From a virus, in the IMG/VR virus record IMGVR_UViG_3300008110_000009: a stretch of 64,000 bases of DNA. One strand, written 5' to 3'. Shown piece after piece: positions 27,815 to 38,075 of the stretch. The position numbers were made by a program, and so were the translations under genes. Below the pieces are notes generated by a model, which saw nothing but the letters and a program-made list of their open reading frames with translations, searched no databases and was not told where the DNA came from. Position 1 is the first letter of the stretch. Each line of letters starts with the position of its first letter.

Positions 27815-30800
27815 TATTCAGTTGATGGGAATGCACCTTTTGGTCCATAATATTTTATAAATTTATCATAAGCCGTGCTGCCAGGTCTTAATCCGAAATA
27901 GAATTGGAATGGTGTTGATAATACTTGTTTGTTTCCAGAATAGTTTAATGCTGTTTGATAAATAAATGTTTCATTATTGTCTTTTACATATGGTATTGGT
28001 GCAGACCATGCCCCATTAACTACAACATAGATATTTCCAGTTAATGGATTTTTCTGGGTTCCAGTTAAAACATGTAGCCAAAGGTCTCCTTCAACAAATT
28101 CTGTTGCACTTGTTGGTGTTGTTAATCTTATTGCCTCAAATCTTTCTAATGAATCAGGATAGTTACCAACAAGAGAAAACGTATCATGTGTTTTTGTCAT
28201 TGGTTTAATTAAATATTCCTCTTCACCATCAGCCATTAAATAATTTGTTGTTGTACTAGTTGTTCCTGATATTGAAACCATTCTTTGTAATTTTTGAACA
28301 CCGATAGCATTTCTGTCCCAAAATTGGTCATCGTTTAAACCAAATCCAGTTGCACCTTTATTCCATAAATAAAAAGGAACTTTTTGTGTAAAATCACCCA
28401 ATCTATTATTTAAACAATATCTAACAAAACTTCCATTTACATCTAATTTAAAATCAATTGGTGTTGGCCCCCATGACGATCCATTTTTAAAATATGTCAT
28501 AAACGTTGTATCTTCTGGATCTAAGAATTCACCATTAAACATAAAATAATGTGAACTATCTAAATCAAAAGCTTCAATGCCAGCTTCACAATTTATTGAT
28601 ATTAATTGTAAAACATCACCATCCATTACGTAACCATTAAAAGTGTAACCACTATTAGTGAAGAAATCATCAATATTTGTTCTTGCCGCTGAAACATCCA
28701 TTCTATAGTTAATAACATGTTCTATGACATTACCAGGGTCTTGATATGATGACGCAGTTAAGTCTCTTATTACTGAGCATGTTGGATCCACCGCCGGATC
28801 AAAACATATCTCATCAAAAAATTCATCTCTAACACCAACATCATAGAAAGTTGTTGGGTGTAAAAGCTCAACGTACGGTTTTTGTTCATTTGGTTTTTGG
28901 CCAATAAATAATTTTGTTGTTGGATTATAAGGTGTGCTTCTATAATAGAATTTCCCATCTAAAACATTAAAGAAAACTAATTCTCTAGGGTACTTACTAC
29001 CTCTTTGATTTAAATCTCTTATTGTTTTATCATCCCATTTTATTCTATAGTCAAATTTAAAGAAGTATAATAATCCGTGAAGCCAATTCTCTATGAATGA
29101 ATAATTTGTTACACCACCACAGAAGAACAATCCTATCCTTTTTCTTCTATACCATTCTTGTATCATCGATGCATTTTTAGAGCCACCTTCAACAACCGGT
29201 ATAACAGTAAACACACCGTCCCTTATTTCTGAATACCCAGATTTTGTTTTTCTATCATAATATGTATTTCCAAGTTTTGACCAAATCACTAGTCTAGGCA
29301 AACGACCTGCACCACTAGAACCAATGATATCAGCCATAATGGTATAACTTGAATTTGGTTTTGTTGCTGATTCAACATAACCAGATGGGTACGCTGGTGG
29401 ATATACTGGTGTATATCTATCACCATATGTTGATCCTGTTGACCAAAGATATGCTTGAGATATAGATTCATCATATGCCTTATCATATTTAAAGCAACCC
29501 TCTTCAATATTAAACACTGCCGCAGGGCTATCTGGATTTATCTTGGGTTTACTTCTATCATAAATTCTAAGTGTAACGTATGTACCTCTATCTGCGTAAT
29601 TACCTGAACCATTATTACCTCCACTATATCCTTCGTAGTTAAAACCAGAAAGCTCAGCCCAACTTCCGTGATTGAAAAATAAACCATTAACAGTTCTACT
29701 TGAATACTCTCCAACAACATTTACTAAATATGTAACATATGCTGTTCCATAGTTACCTTCACCAGTTGCCCAAGAATCTAAAATACCTTGATTTATAGTA
29801 TTTGTTGCAAATTTAATTCTATCCCCAGCCGCAGCATTTGTACTAAATGAAACAGTGAAATCACTTAATGAAACAGATTTTGTTAATGTATCACCACTTG
29901 CTGGCGAATATGGTAGTATATTATCTTTAACTGCCGATACTGCTTCCGCAACAAATCTAGAATTATTTGGGTCATTTGGTATCGGTGTGATAGTATATGT
30001 ATGTAAACTATTTAAAATTGTTCTTGTAGCAGAGTTAGTACTACCTGTGATTGCGAAGGTGTTTCCACTCATAAATGAATCGTTCGGATCATAGTCTCTT
30101 GCTCTACCACCAGGAAAAACTGCTGATGTGTTTTCATTTGTATCTGTGTTAAATGAATAAGGTATCACAAATACATTACCTCCCGTAGCACCAATCCCTA
30201 TAACCTTAAATGTAATTTCACCAACAGAACAATAAGTACTAGATAATGATGCACCTAATGTTGCATATTCATCATCAGTAGAACATTCTTCACAATCTGG
30301 ATACGTTGTTAATGATAATGTTTGAGTTCCATTAACTTGTAATCTATGTGCGATATCTTGAAATTGTTCCCCGATTTTAGCGAAAGGTCTCCAGTTAAAC
30401 GGCCACCCAAAATATATTGCATACAATGCCTTACCAATAGTCATAAAAAATCTACCTAGTAATTCAAAAACAAAATTTAATATGATGGCAAATATAAATT
30501 GTAAGAATAATAGAACTTGTGATAGTAATAGACCAAATTTAGTTCTATTTTTAAATGCAAAGTTTGTTGGTATGTAATTTGCTGTACCTGTACAATCATC
30601 TTCAGAGTTCGGTCTAATTTCTTTTATACCTAAAAATGCGTCTCTTCTGGTTAAACCAAATAAATTTTCTACAGCAGATACTTCATAATGTGATCCTTGA
30701 AAGGATGTTGGTGTGTATACTTTTCCGTAAATAAATTTATAAAAATAATCTTCAGGTATGTCATTATTGTTTGTGCCTAATATCAATTCTTTTTTATGTA

Positions 30801-32121
30801 ATTTTTCTGCCGATGTTAGTGGCTCAAGTGTTACACCAGTTGGTACTGGTACATTTATGTAATCTTCAAATACATCTGAAAAAACATATGATGAAATAAT
30901 AGCTTCACTATATTCGCTAGCACCGCCAGTACTATACTTATTAAATTCTCTAATATTTGGAACTAAATAAGTTGCAGATGATGTGCCTCTTGCTGAGCCT
31001 TCTCCTGATGACCCGCTTAATTCTAATTTAAGTCTTGCTATTGTTGATGTGGCAACCCCTTTGTTAGGGTCATTTGTTGTTTCTTGTTCACCAAACTCAT
31101 TTGTATAAACATAATCAAGATTCATTGGCATCGTTGCCATTGCTGTTCCATCTTCGTCAATAACCCCTGGATTAAAATATTCTAATTCTGGATATAATGT
31201 TACACCATCTGATCCTATAACTTTCCTACCAGTAAATCTAACCCCCTGTATTTTACCGTCACTTGTTTGTAAATTACATTTATATCCACTTTTTCTTCTA
31301 ATAACACCACTTCTTTTAACTGCGTCACCATCTGAATCTGTAACCGCTGAAACCAACATTAAGGATACTGGATCAACTTTAATTCCTAAGTTAGATAAGT
31401 CGAAATCTGCCCTGGTTATTCCTATTTGACACAAATCCATATTTCCCCAAAAAGGAGAAACATCAATAGTTTTATCGAAAGCAACTATTTGTGGTAACCC
31501 ATCTAAATCGGTATCGGATCTGAATTTGAAAAATCTATCAAATTTATTAGCGTCTTCACCTTGTCTTATAAAGTCATATGGTCTAAGTGAAAAACAACCC
31601 ATATCTGATAAATCAACATCAATATGTAATTGCTGTTCGCCTAAAGGTATGCCCCAAATCATATAGTCACCAGCATAGTTTGTTTTAGCTGTGAACTTGT
31701 AATATTTTTCAAAAACTTCTAATTGTTCTTCTCTACTAAGAATATCGTTTTGGTCTGGGAATGTACCTGTTGGTGTATGCCCAGCATGTTGTTGTCTAGC
31801 TGGTAATAGGTTATATCTATAACCATCATCATTTTTATCACTACTAAGTTTGAATGGGTAAAGTGTGGAAATTACTGGATCTTGCTCGTCTTGGTCTGAT
31901 ATTGGTACTAAAATGGAAACTCTTGCGTTTGGTATACCTAATCCATTATTTGCTGTTACCCTACCGCAAACAACACCATAGTCAGCACATAATGACGTAT
32001 AAGCGTCTTGTTGTGTGAATTTTAAGGATAAAATTTCTAAAAGATCATAATCCTGTTTTAATTCAACAGTTACTTTCTTATCCCCGTTTAAAGTGGTGTT
32101 AATTCTGTGCTTTTGTACCAT
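27814..32121 (-). CDS. Large baseplate-associated protein with N-terminal transthyretin/carboxypeptidase-regulatory-like domain and an internal hydrophobic segment
   Basis: GVVCGRVTANNGLGIPNARVSI...TAKTNYAGDYMIWGIPLG; immediately follows the gp6-like gene. Confidence 0.55.
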   Translation of the reverse strand: MVQKHRINTTLNGDKKVTVELKQDYDLLEILSLKFTQQDAYTSLCADYGVVCGRVTANNGLGIPNARVSILVPISDQDEQDPVISTLYPFKLSSDKNDDGYRYNLLPARQQHAGHTPTGTFPDQNDILSREEQLEVFEKYYKFTAKTNYAGDYMIWGIPLGEQQLHIDVDLSDMGCFSLRPYDFIRQGEDANKFDRFFKFRSDTDLDGLPQIVAFDKTIDVSPFWGNMDLCQIGITRADFDLSNLGIKVDPVSLMLVSAVTDSDGDAVKRSGVIRRKSGYKCNLQTSDGKIQGVRFTGRKVIGSDGVTLYPELEYFNPGVIDEDGTAMATMPMNLDYVYTNEFGEQETTNDPNKGVATSTIARLKLELSGSSGEGSARGTSSATYLVPNIREFNKYSTGGASEYSEAIISSYVFSDVFEDYINVPVPTGVTLEPLTSAEKLHKKELILGTNNNDIPEDYFYKFIYGKVYTPTSFQGSHYEVSAVENLFGLTRRDAFLGIKEIRPNSEDDCTGTANYIPTNFAFKNRTKFGLLLSQVLLFLQFIFAIILNFVFELLGRFFMTIGKALYAIYFGWPFNWRPFAKIGEQFQDIAHRLQVNGTQTLSLTTYPDCEECSTDDEYATLGASLSSTYCSVGEITFKVIGIGATGGNVFVIPYSFNTDTNENTSAVFPGGRARDYDPNDSFMSGNTFAITGSTNSATRTILNSLHTYTITPIPNDPNNSRFVAEAVSAVKDNILPYSPASGDTLTKSVSLSDFTVSFSTNAAAGDRIKFATNTINQGILDSWATGEGNYGTAYVTYLVNVVGEYSSRTVNGLFFNHGSWAELSGFNYEGYSGGNNGSGNYADRGTYVTLRIYDRSKPKINPDSPAAVFNIEEGCFKYDKAYDESISQAYLWSTGSTYGDRYTPVYPPAYPSGYVESATKPNSSYTIMADIIGSSGAGRLPRLVIWSKLGNTYYDRKTKSGYSEIRDGVFTVIPVVEGGSKNASMIQEWYRRKRIGLFFCGGVTNYSFIENWLHGLLYFFKFDYRIKWDDKTIRDLNQRGSKYPRELVFFNVLDGKFYYRSTPYNPTTKLFIGQKPNEQKPYVELLHPTTFYDVGVRDEFFDEICFDPAVDPTCSVIRDLTASSYQDPGNVIEHVINYRMDVSAARTNIDDFFTNSGYTFNGYVMDGDVLQLISINCEAGIEAFDLDSSHYFMFNGEFLDPEDTTFMTYFKNGSSWGPTPIDFKLDVNGSFVRYCLNNRLGDFTQKVPFYLWNKGATGFGLNDDQFWDRNAIGVQKLQRMVSISGTTSTTTNYLMADGEEEYLIKPMTKTHDTFSLVGNYPDSLERFEAIRLTTPTSATEFVEGDLWLHVLTGTQKNPLTGNIYVVVNGAWSAPIPYVKDNNETFIYQTALNYSGNKQVLSTPFQFYFGLRPGSTAYDKFIKYYGPKGAFPSTE

Positions 32122-32181
32122 ATTAACTATAAATAGAAACTCATCAATTTTCCTATAGAAAAAAGATAAGTAAAAAAGACG

Positions 32182-34014
32182 TTAATATGTAGTCGTGCCT
32201 AATGTTTTTACCCTGATTTTTATATCTTTTTGAGGAAATCTAATCTGGAATATTTGATTAGCTTTCATAAAAATCGTCATATCATTTTGTAAAATTTCTT
32301 TTGTAGCTGAATCTTTGTATGACTGTGAAACCTGTGACGAAGAATATTCGCCACCGATTTTATTGAAAACTCTGACATCAATAACGTTTACAACACCTGG
32401 AACATTGTTTACTTCTTTCATTAATTCACCAACAAATAGTGGGTCTCCCATTTTTCTTTTATCAATAGAAAAATACTCTGTTGTTGATGAGATTACATCT
32501 CTTATAACTTCTCCTTGGTTTTGGTTTTTATCCAATAAAAGGTCAATTTCTAACCCCATATCAATGACTTCACCGCTAACAATATCAATGTAGTCATTTA
32601 TCATTCTAAACTGAGAAAGATAGTTTAATATGTTTTGTTTTAGTGTATTAGAAACTACGCTCGTTAAATTACCACTCTCATCATATGACAATAGTTTAAC
32701 TCTCACTTTGTTGTCTTCTTCCATAACATTAACCTTTGCTGGAGCCCCATATGTTGATGGCATAGTTTCAATCATTGATTTATAGTCATTTAGTGTGACC
32801 GCTCTATTCTGTGCAGCAAAGTTATATGCAACCATGGCTCTAAGTTCTTCAACAGTTGGTTGATCAGCTCCGCCAACAGCTGGTGTTACGTTAGTTACAC
32901 TTAAAGATTGTGAAACTTGACTATTTGTGTCAGAATTGGGGCCTGTAATAATAAAGTCTGAATTTTCCACATTATTGATGACACCAACCCCAATATTGCT
33001 TTCTTTACCTCCACCTATTCTGTATTTTATGAATAGTGTTGTTTCTTGTTTTGGAATTGAACCTAGTGAAAGGTTATTTAGATATGATGATAAATTTACT
33101 TTTAATTTATCAGTAATATAATTATCTAGATTATCAAGTGGATCAATATTTCCCGAACCAAATGTTAAAAAGAAATATCCTTCTGGGGTGTATTCTGTAA
33201 TAAATTTATTTTGTACTGTAACATATTCACCAGCTTTAAAATTTGGTCTGTCAGAAACACCAGTTGTACTTGGAACAAACACTTTGTCTTGAACTAGGGA
33301 TTGAACTTCGTACCATTTATTTGGATCACTTATAAACTCACTATAAGCGGGATTACCCGCAAATGTGGTTCCTTCCTTATGAATTACAGCAGAAACACCA
33401 AGTACGTTTCTTTCTGGTAAAAATATCTTTAAAAACGGTTTTTGATCTTGCTGAGTGATAACTTTTCTGAAAATCTTAGTTACACCGTTAACAACAGGTT
33501 CTCTTTTTACGATCGTATAAGAAATTAATCTGTTGTTATTATCAAAGTTTGGTAGTTTTAATCTATTCGGTTCTCCTTTACTATTAAAAGGATTTGAAAA
33601 ATCAATATCTTCAATTGTTTCAAATATTTGACCACCTCCAGAAATTTGTGCGCCAGCTCTTAAAATTCCTTCGTATCTATCATCATCTTTATCACCTCTA
33701 ACTGGTACATTGATACTAAAATCACACAAAGCCACTGAAGGTCTTAAGCCGGGTATTCTGATACCATATGTTTTTGCAATATGAAATAAAGATTGTCTTT
33801 TTTGAGCAAAATCTAACATTGTTTCTTGCCAAACTCTATCGATATGAAAGTGTAAGTTATCAGAAACCGCCGCGTTCAAATCCAGTAAAACAGAATAAAT
33901 CGACGCGTCGTTTGTATTTTGAATAATATCCGGGTAATATTCTTTGGTTAAGTTTACTAGGTCTTGTCTCAAACCAGCAAAATCCCTGTTAGTATATGCT
34001 ATCTTTTTGCTCAT
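32182..34014 (-). CDS. Baseplate wedge protein (T4 gp6 / P2 gpJ-like)
   Basis: RDFAGLRQDL N-terminus, GGADQPTVEELR and AQNRAVTLNDY motifs; next to the gp25-like gene. Confidence 0.88.
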   Translation of the reverse strand: MSKKIAYTNRDFAGLRQDLVNLTKEYYPDIIQNTNDASIYSVLLDLNAAVSDNLHFHIDRVWQETMLDFAQKRQSLFHIAKTYGIRIPGLRPSVALCDFSINVPVRGDKDDDRYEGILRAGAQISGGGQIFETIEDIDFSNPFNSKGEPNRLKLPNFDNNNRLISYTIVKREPVVNGVTKIFRKVITQQDQKPFLKIFLPERNVLGVSAVIHKEGTTFAGNPAYSEFISDPNKWYEVQSLVQDKVFVPSTTGVSDRPNFKAGEYVTVQNKFITEYTPEGYFFLTFGSGNIDPLDNLDNYITDKLKVNLSSYLNNLSLGSIPKQETTLFIKYRIGGGKESNIGVGVINNVENSDFIITGPNSDTNSQVSQSLSVTNVTPAVGGADQPTVEELRAMVAYNFAAQNRAVTLNDYKSMIETMPSTYGAPAKVNVMEEDNKVRVKLLSYDESGNLTSVVSNTLKQNILNYLSQFRMINDYIDIVSGEVIDMGLEIDLLLDKNQNQGEVIRDVISSTTEYFSIDKRKMGDPLFVGELMKEVNNVPGVVNVIDVRVFNKIGGEYSSSQVSQSYKDSATKEILQNDMTIFMKANQIFQIRFPQKDIKIRVKTLGTTTY

Positions 34015-34015
34015 A

Positions 34016-34471
34016 TTATATGTTAATAATTACAAAGTCGGAACTAGAAAAAGTTCCATTATTTGTTGTATAATCAATTCTTATTTTGGCAGTATATGGT
34101 TTAGTAGAACCGTCACCAACTCTAAATAATCTAGTATCCTCATCTTCACTAATACTTGAAGCGCCGTCTTCTGGATCTATATCAGGATTTGTAATTTTTA
34201 TTGCGTTTATCTCTAGATTTGGTATATAAATTTTAACAGTTTCTCTAATTTCATCTTCTATACTGCTGTAGGTTATACTATCATTTAAATCAAATATGAA
34301 TTCATATAACCTTGTACCGAAGTCAGGTAAAAAATATCTACTTCCTTTTCTAGTTAATAATAAATGAATAAGGTTTGCTCTAACCTCCTCATCTACATTC
34401 AATGTCATTCTAGTATAGTCACCTAACGTGCTATTTCTAAAAGGAAAATCTATACCATACTTTGTAGCCAT
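34016..34471 (-). CDS. Baseplate wedge / sheath initiator (T4 gp25-like)
   Basis: GIDFPF...NLIHLLLTRKGSRYFLPDFGTRLYEFIFD. Start moved to ATG 34471 because the track's longer start crosses a terminator. Confidence 0.9.
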   Translation of the reverse strand: MATKYGIDFPFRNSTLGDYTRMTLNVDEEVRANLIHLLLTRKGSRYFLPDFGTRLYEFIFDLNDSITYSSIEDEIRETVKIYIPNLEINAIKITNPDIDPEDGASSISEDEDTRLFRVGDGSTKPYTAKIRIDYTTNNGTFSSSDFVIINI

Positions 34472-34508
34472 ATCAATAAATATAAACAATACTAAAATGG
34501 ATATAAAT

Positions 34509-34534
34509 AAAAAACCCAACCGAAGTTGGGTTTT
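34509..34534 (-). terminator. Rho-independent terminator of the replication/nrd operon
   Basis: AAAACCCAAC-TTCG-GTTGGGTTTTTT with a cUUCGg tetraloop. Confidence 0.9.
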
Positions 34535-34539
34535 AGTAT

Positions 34540-34628
34540 TGTGACTTGATATTCGCACCCTGTATTGTCAAGTCCTGGATGCTCAAGGTACGCCTTGACG
34601 ACAGCTAAACTTTGAGGGCGCCACCCAT
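34540..34628 (-). ncRNA. Candidate structured RNA (hairpin plus H-type pseudoknot) in the nrdA 3' region
   Basis: About 52% GC; TCAAGG/CCTTGA hairpin, GCATCC/GGGTGC stem, GACTTGA/TCAAGTC crossing stem. Family not recognised. Confidence 0.45.
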
Positions 34629-34632
34629 TATC

Positions 34633-37068
34633 TTACGATCCACATCCTTCACATTCAAATGGTGAATCATCTGGCCTACTAGCCATCATTACAACTTCAG
34701 GCGTTTCTTCACTTATAATAGTATTTTGAGGTGTAGCGTATGCTGTTTGTTGCTTTGGTTGTACTTCAGCAACTGGCTTTACTGTTGAGGTATCTAAACC
34801 TAATCCTTTAATTGGGTCAACAGCAGATCTTGTTCTCAAATAATACATTCCGGTTTTAAGACCTAGCTTCCAACCAAACAAATGAGCCGCGAGTACTTTT
34901 GCTTTTGTTGCGTTATCGATAAATAAATTCATTGACTGTGATTGATCGATAAAAATACTTCTATTGGCCGCCATTTGTAAAATTCTCTTTTGAGACATTT
35001 CCCAAACAGTTTTATAAACTTCTTTGATTGGTGTAGGAATTTCTGGAATATTTTGAATAGATCCATTCTCAAGAATTAGTTTCTTTTTCAAATCTTCATT
35101 CCATAATCCAATATTCATTAAATCTTTAACCAAGTGTTTATTGACAACAATAAATTCTCCACCTAATGTTCTTCTTGAATAAAGATTCGTTGTAAATGGT
35201 TCAAATGCTTCGTTGTTACCTAAAATTTGTGCGGTTGATGCCGTTGGCATTGGTGCAACAAGTAATGAGTTTCTAACACCATACTTTACAACTTCTTTTC
35301 TCAAAGATTTCCAATCCCATCTTCCTGACATATCTTTATCTGTCTTACCCCACATTTCATATTGAAAAATTCCCTTTTCTATCGGTGAACCAGAAATTGA
35401 TTCATATGCCCCAACTTCTTTTGCAATATCTTTTGATGATGTTACTGCAGCAAAATAAATTGTTTCAAAAATTTCTGTTTGTAGTTTATCCGCCTCTTCA
35501 CTTTCAAAAGGTAATGACAATATACAAAATACATCTGCTAATCCTTGTACACCTAAACCAACTGGTCTATGTTTAAAGTTAGATCTTTTTGTTTCTTCTG
35601 TTGGGTAAAAATTCAAATCAATAACATTATTTAAATTCTTAACAACTTGGTAAGTGTATTCAAATAATAGCTGATGATTAAATTCACCATCTAAAATATA
35701 TTTTGGTAATGCTATTGATGCTAAGTTACAAACAGCTTGTTCAGTTGGTGAACTATATTCAATAATTTCAGTACACAAATTTGAAGATTTAATTGTACCT
35801 AAATTCTTTTGATTTGACTTATAGTTAGCAGCATCTTTGTATAACATATAAGGTGTTCCAGTTTCAATCTGTGCGGTTAATATCGCATCCATTAGTTTTC
35901 TAGCTTTGATTGTTTTTCTGGCTAAACCCTGTTGTTCATATGATTCATACAAACGAGTAAAAGCTTTATCTTCTGGTGTATCATACATGTCAGATAGCCC
36001 TGGTGCCTCATCTGGTGAAAATAAAGACCAATCACCGTCAGATTCAACACGTTGCATAAATAAGTCTGGTGTCCACATTGCTAAAAATAAATCTCTAGCT
36101 CTCATCTCTTCTTTTCCATGATTCTTTCTTAGATCAATAAACTCTAATACATCTGAATGCCATGGCTCAAGATAAATTGCAAATGAACCTTTTCTTTTAC
36201 CTCCTTGATTAATCCAACGAGCAACTTCATTGTAAGTTTTCATCATTGGTAGTAAACCATCTGACATTCCGCCGGTGCCTTTAATGTATGCCCCTTTAGC
36301 ACGAACATCATGAACATGTAAGCCAATACCACCAGCCCATTTAGAAATTTTTGCAACATCTTTGATTGTGTCAAATAATCCATCAATATCGTCACCTTTA
36401 TTTCCAATTAAGAAACAAGATGACATTTGTGGTCTGCGTGTTCCAGCATTGAATAATGTTGGTGTCGCGTGCGTATAAAAGTGTTGTGACAAATCATCAT
36501 AAATTCTTAAAGCCATCTGAACATCACCATTACAAATACCAACAGCAACCCTCATGTACATATACTGTGGTCTTTCAACGGTTCTTTCACCAATTTTTAA
36601 AAGATATGATCTTTCTAAGGTTTTGAAGCCAAAATAATCAAAATCAAAATCTCTCGTAATATTGATTGCACCATCAATAATTTCTTTATTATCCATCACG
36701 AACTCATATACATCATCTGAAATCAGTGTTGATTCCTTTCCAGTCTTTGGTTCAATAAAAGAATGTAATTCTTTAATGGCCTGAGAAAACTTCTTTGGTG
36801 TTGTCTTGTGTAAATTTGTTACAGCCAATCTCCCCGCTAATTTTGCATAATCAGGATGCGTTGTTGTCATAGATGCCGCAGTTTCTGCCGCTAGTACATC
36901 CAACTCTTTAGTTGTAATCCCATCATAAATTCCTTGCGTAACTTTTAGTGTAATAAATGTAGGATCAACATAATCCATATTAAGGTCATCACAAAGAGCA
37001 CTAATTCTTTTAGTGATCTTATCATATCTCATCTCTTCTAACGTTCCGTCTCTTTTTAGTACTTTCAT
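34633..37068 (-). CDS. nrdA: Ribonucleotide reductase class Ia alpha subunit with ATP cone
   Basis: VLKRDG ATP cone, ATPTLFNAG, SSCFL, SNLCTEI, PMPTAST, GMYYLR, C-terminal CEGCGS; no intein or intron seen. Confidence 0.98.
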   Translation of the reverse strand: MKVLKRDGTLEEMRYDKITKRISALCDDLNMDYVDPTFITLKVTQGIYDGITTKELDVLAAETAASMTTTHPDYAKLAGRLAVTNLHKTTPKKFSQAIKELHSFIEPKTGKESTLISDDVYEFVMDNKEIIDGAINITRDFDFDYFGFKTLERSYLLKIGERTVERPQYMYMRVAVGICNGDVQMALRIYDDLSQHFYTHATPTLFNAGTRRPQMSSCFLIGNKGDDIDGLFDTIKDVAKISKWAGGIGLHVHDVRAKGAYIKGTGGMSDGLLPMMKTYNEVARWINQGGKRKGSFAIYLEPWHSDVLEFIDLRKNHGKEEMRARDLFLAMWTPDLFMQRVESDGDWSLFSPDEAPGLSDMYDTPEDKAFTRLYESYEQQGLARKTIKARKLMDAILTAQIETGTPYMLYKDAANYKSNQKNLGTIKSSNLCTEIIEYSSPTEQAVCNLASIALPKYILDGEFNHQLLFEYTYQVVKNLNNVIDLNFYPTEETKRSNFKHRPVGLGVQGLADVFCILSLPFESEEADKLQTEIFETIYFAAVTSSKDIAKEVGAYESISGSPIEKGIFQYEMWGKTDKDMSGRWDWKSLRKEVVKYGVRNSLLVAPMPTASTAQILGNNEAFEPFTTNLYSRRTLGGEFIVVNKHLVKDLMNIGLWNEDLKKKLILENGSIQNIPEIPTPIKEVYKTVWEMSQKRILQMAANRSIFIDQSQSMNLFIDNATKAKVLAAHLFGWKLGLKTGMYYLRTRSAVDPIKGLGLDTSTVKPVAEVQPKQQTAYATPQNTIISEETPEVVMMASRPDDSPFECEGCGS

Positions 37069-37083
37069 CTCAAATTATATTTT

Positions 37084-38061
37084 TTAAAATTCTAAATCAC
37101 CAAATGCTGATTCTAGATCCTCCGCTTCCGCAGTTTTATTAACACCTGCTTTTTGATACTCAGCAACTCTCTTTTCAAAGAAATTTGTTTTCCCTTGTAG
37201 AGCAATATTTTGCATAAAATCAAATGGGTTTTCTGAATTGTAAACTTTAGGAACCCCCAAAGCAACCAATAATCTATCTGTAACAAATTCAAGATATTGA
37301 GCCATTAAATCTGAGTTCATACCAATAAGTCTAACTGGTAAGGCTTCAAGAATAAACTCTTTCTCAATTTCTAATGCGCCACAAATAATATCTTTAATTT
37401 GCTTTTGTGATAACTTGTTTTCAATATGGTGATTAAATAAGTGACATGCAAAATCGCAATGCATACCTTCATCACGAGAAATCAATTCATTAGAAAAGGT
37501 TAAACCCGGCATTAAACCTCTTTTCTTCAACCAGAAAATTGCGCAGAAAGATCCAGAGAAAAAGATACCCTCAACTGCTGCAAAAGCGATAAGTCTTTCG
37601 ACAAATGTTCCTTTTTCAATATATCTTAGTGCCCATTCAGCTTTTCTTTTAATAGCTGGAACAGTTTCGATGGCATTAAATAATTTATTTTGTTCTTCCT
37701 TATCTTTGATGTATGTGTCAATTAACAATGAATAAGTTTCACTATGAATATTTTCCATCATAATCTGAAAACCATAAAACATTTTAGCTTCAGTGTATTG
37801 AACAGCATTAACAAAATTCATTGCTATGTTCTCATTAACAATACCATCAGATGCCGCAAAAAATGCTAATACATGTTTAACAAAGTGTTGTTCGTCTGCG
37901 TTTAATTTATTTTCCCAATCATAAATGTCTTGTCCTAAATCAATCTCTTCAGCAGTCCAAAAACATGCTTCTTGCTGTTTATAAAGCTTCCATAAATCAT
38001 GGTGCTCGATTGGGAAAAGGACAAAGCGTCCGGGATTGTCAACTAGAATCTTCTCGGTCAT
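37084..38061 (-). CDS. nrdB: Ribonucleotide reductase class Ia beta subunit
   Basis: [54 protein letters not shown]. Confidence 0.98.
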   Translation of the reverse strand: MTEKILVDNPGRFVLFPIEHHDLWKLYKQQEACFWTAEEIDLGQDIYDWENKLNADEQHFVKHVLAFFAASDGIVNENIAMNFVNAVQYTEAKMFYGFQIMMENIHSETYSLLIDTYIKDKEEQNKLFNAIETVPAIKRKAEWALRYIEKGTFVERLIAFAAVEGIFFSGSFCAIFWLKKRGLMPGLTFSNELISRDEGMHCDFACHLFNHHIENKLSQKQIKDIICGALEIEKEFILEALPVRLIGMNSDLMAQYLEFVTDRLLVALGVPKVYNSENPFDFMQNIALQGKTNFFEKRVAEYQKAGVNKTAEAEDLESAFGDLEF

Positions 38062-38075
38062 AGTGTTTGTTTTTT

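Noticed and set aside
34472-34558. N-terminal extension of the gp25-like ORF in the track
   Set aside because: It crosses the UUCG terminator and the structured RNA candidate; ATG 34471 has the promoter motif and a typical gp25-like N-terminus.
34540-34628. tRNA, hammerhead or HDV/theta ribozyme assignment
   Set aside because: No cloverleaf or T-loop, no CUGANGA/GAAA core, and only 7 nt where HDV needs P3-L3; kept as an unclassified candidate.
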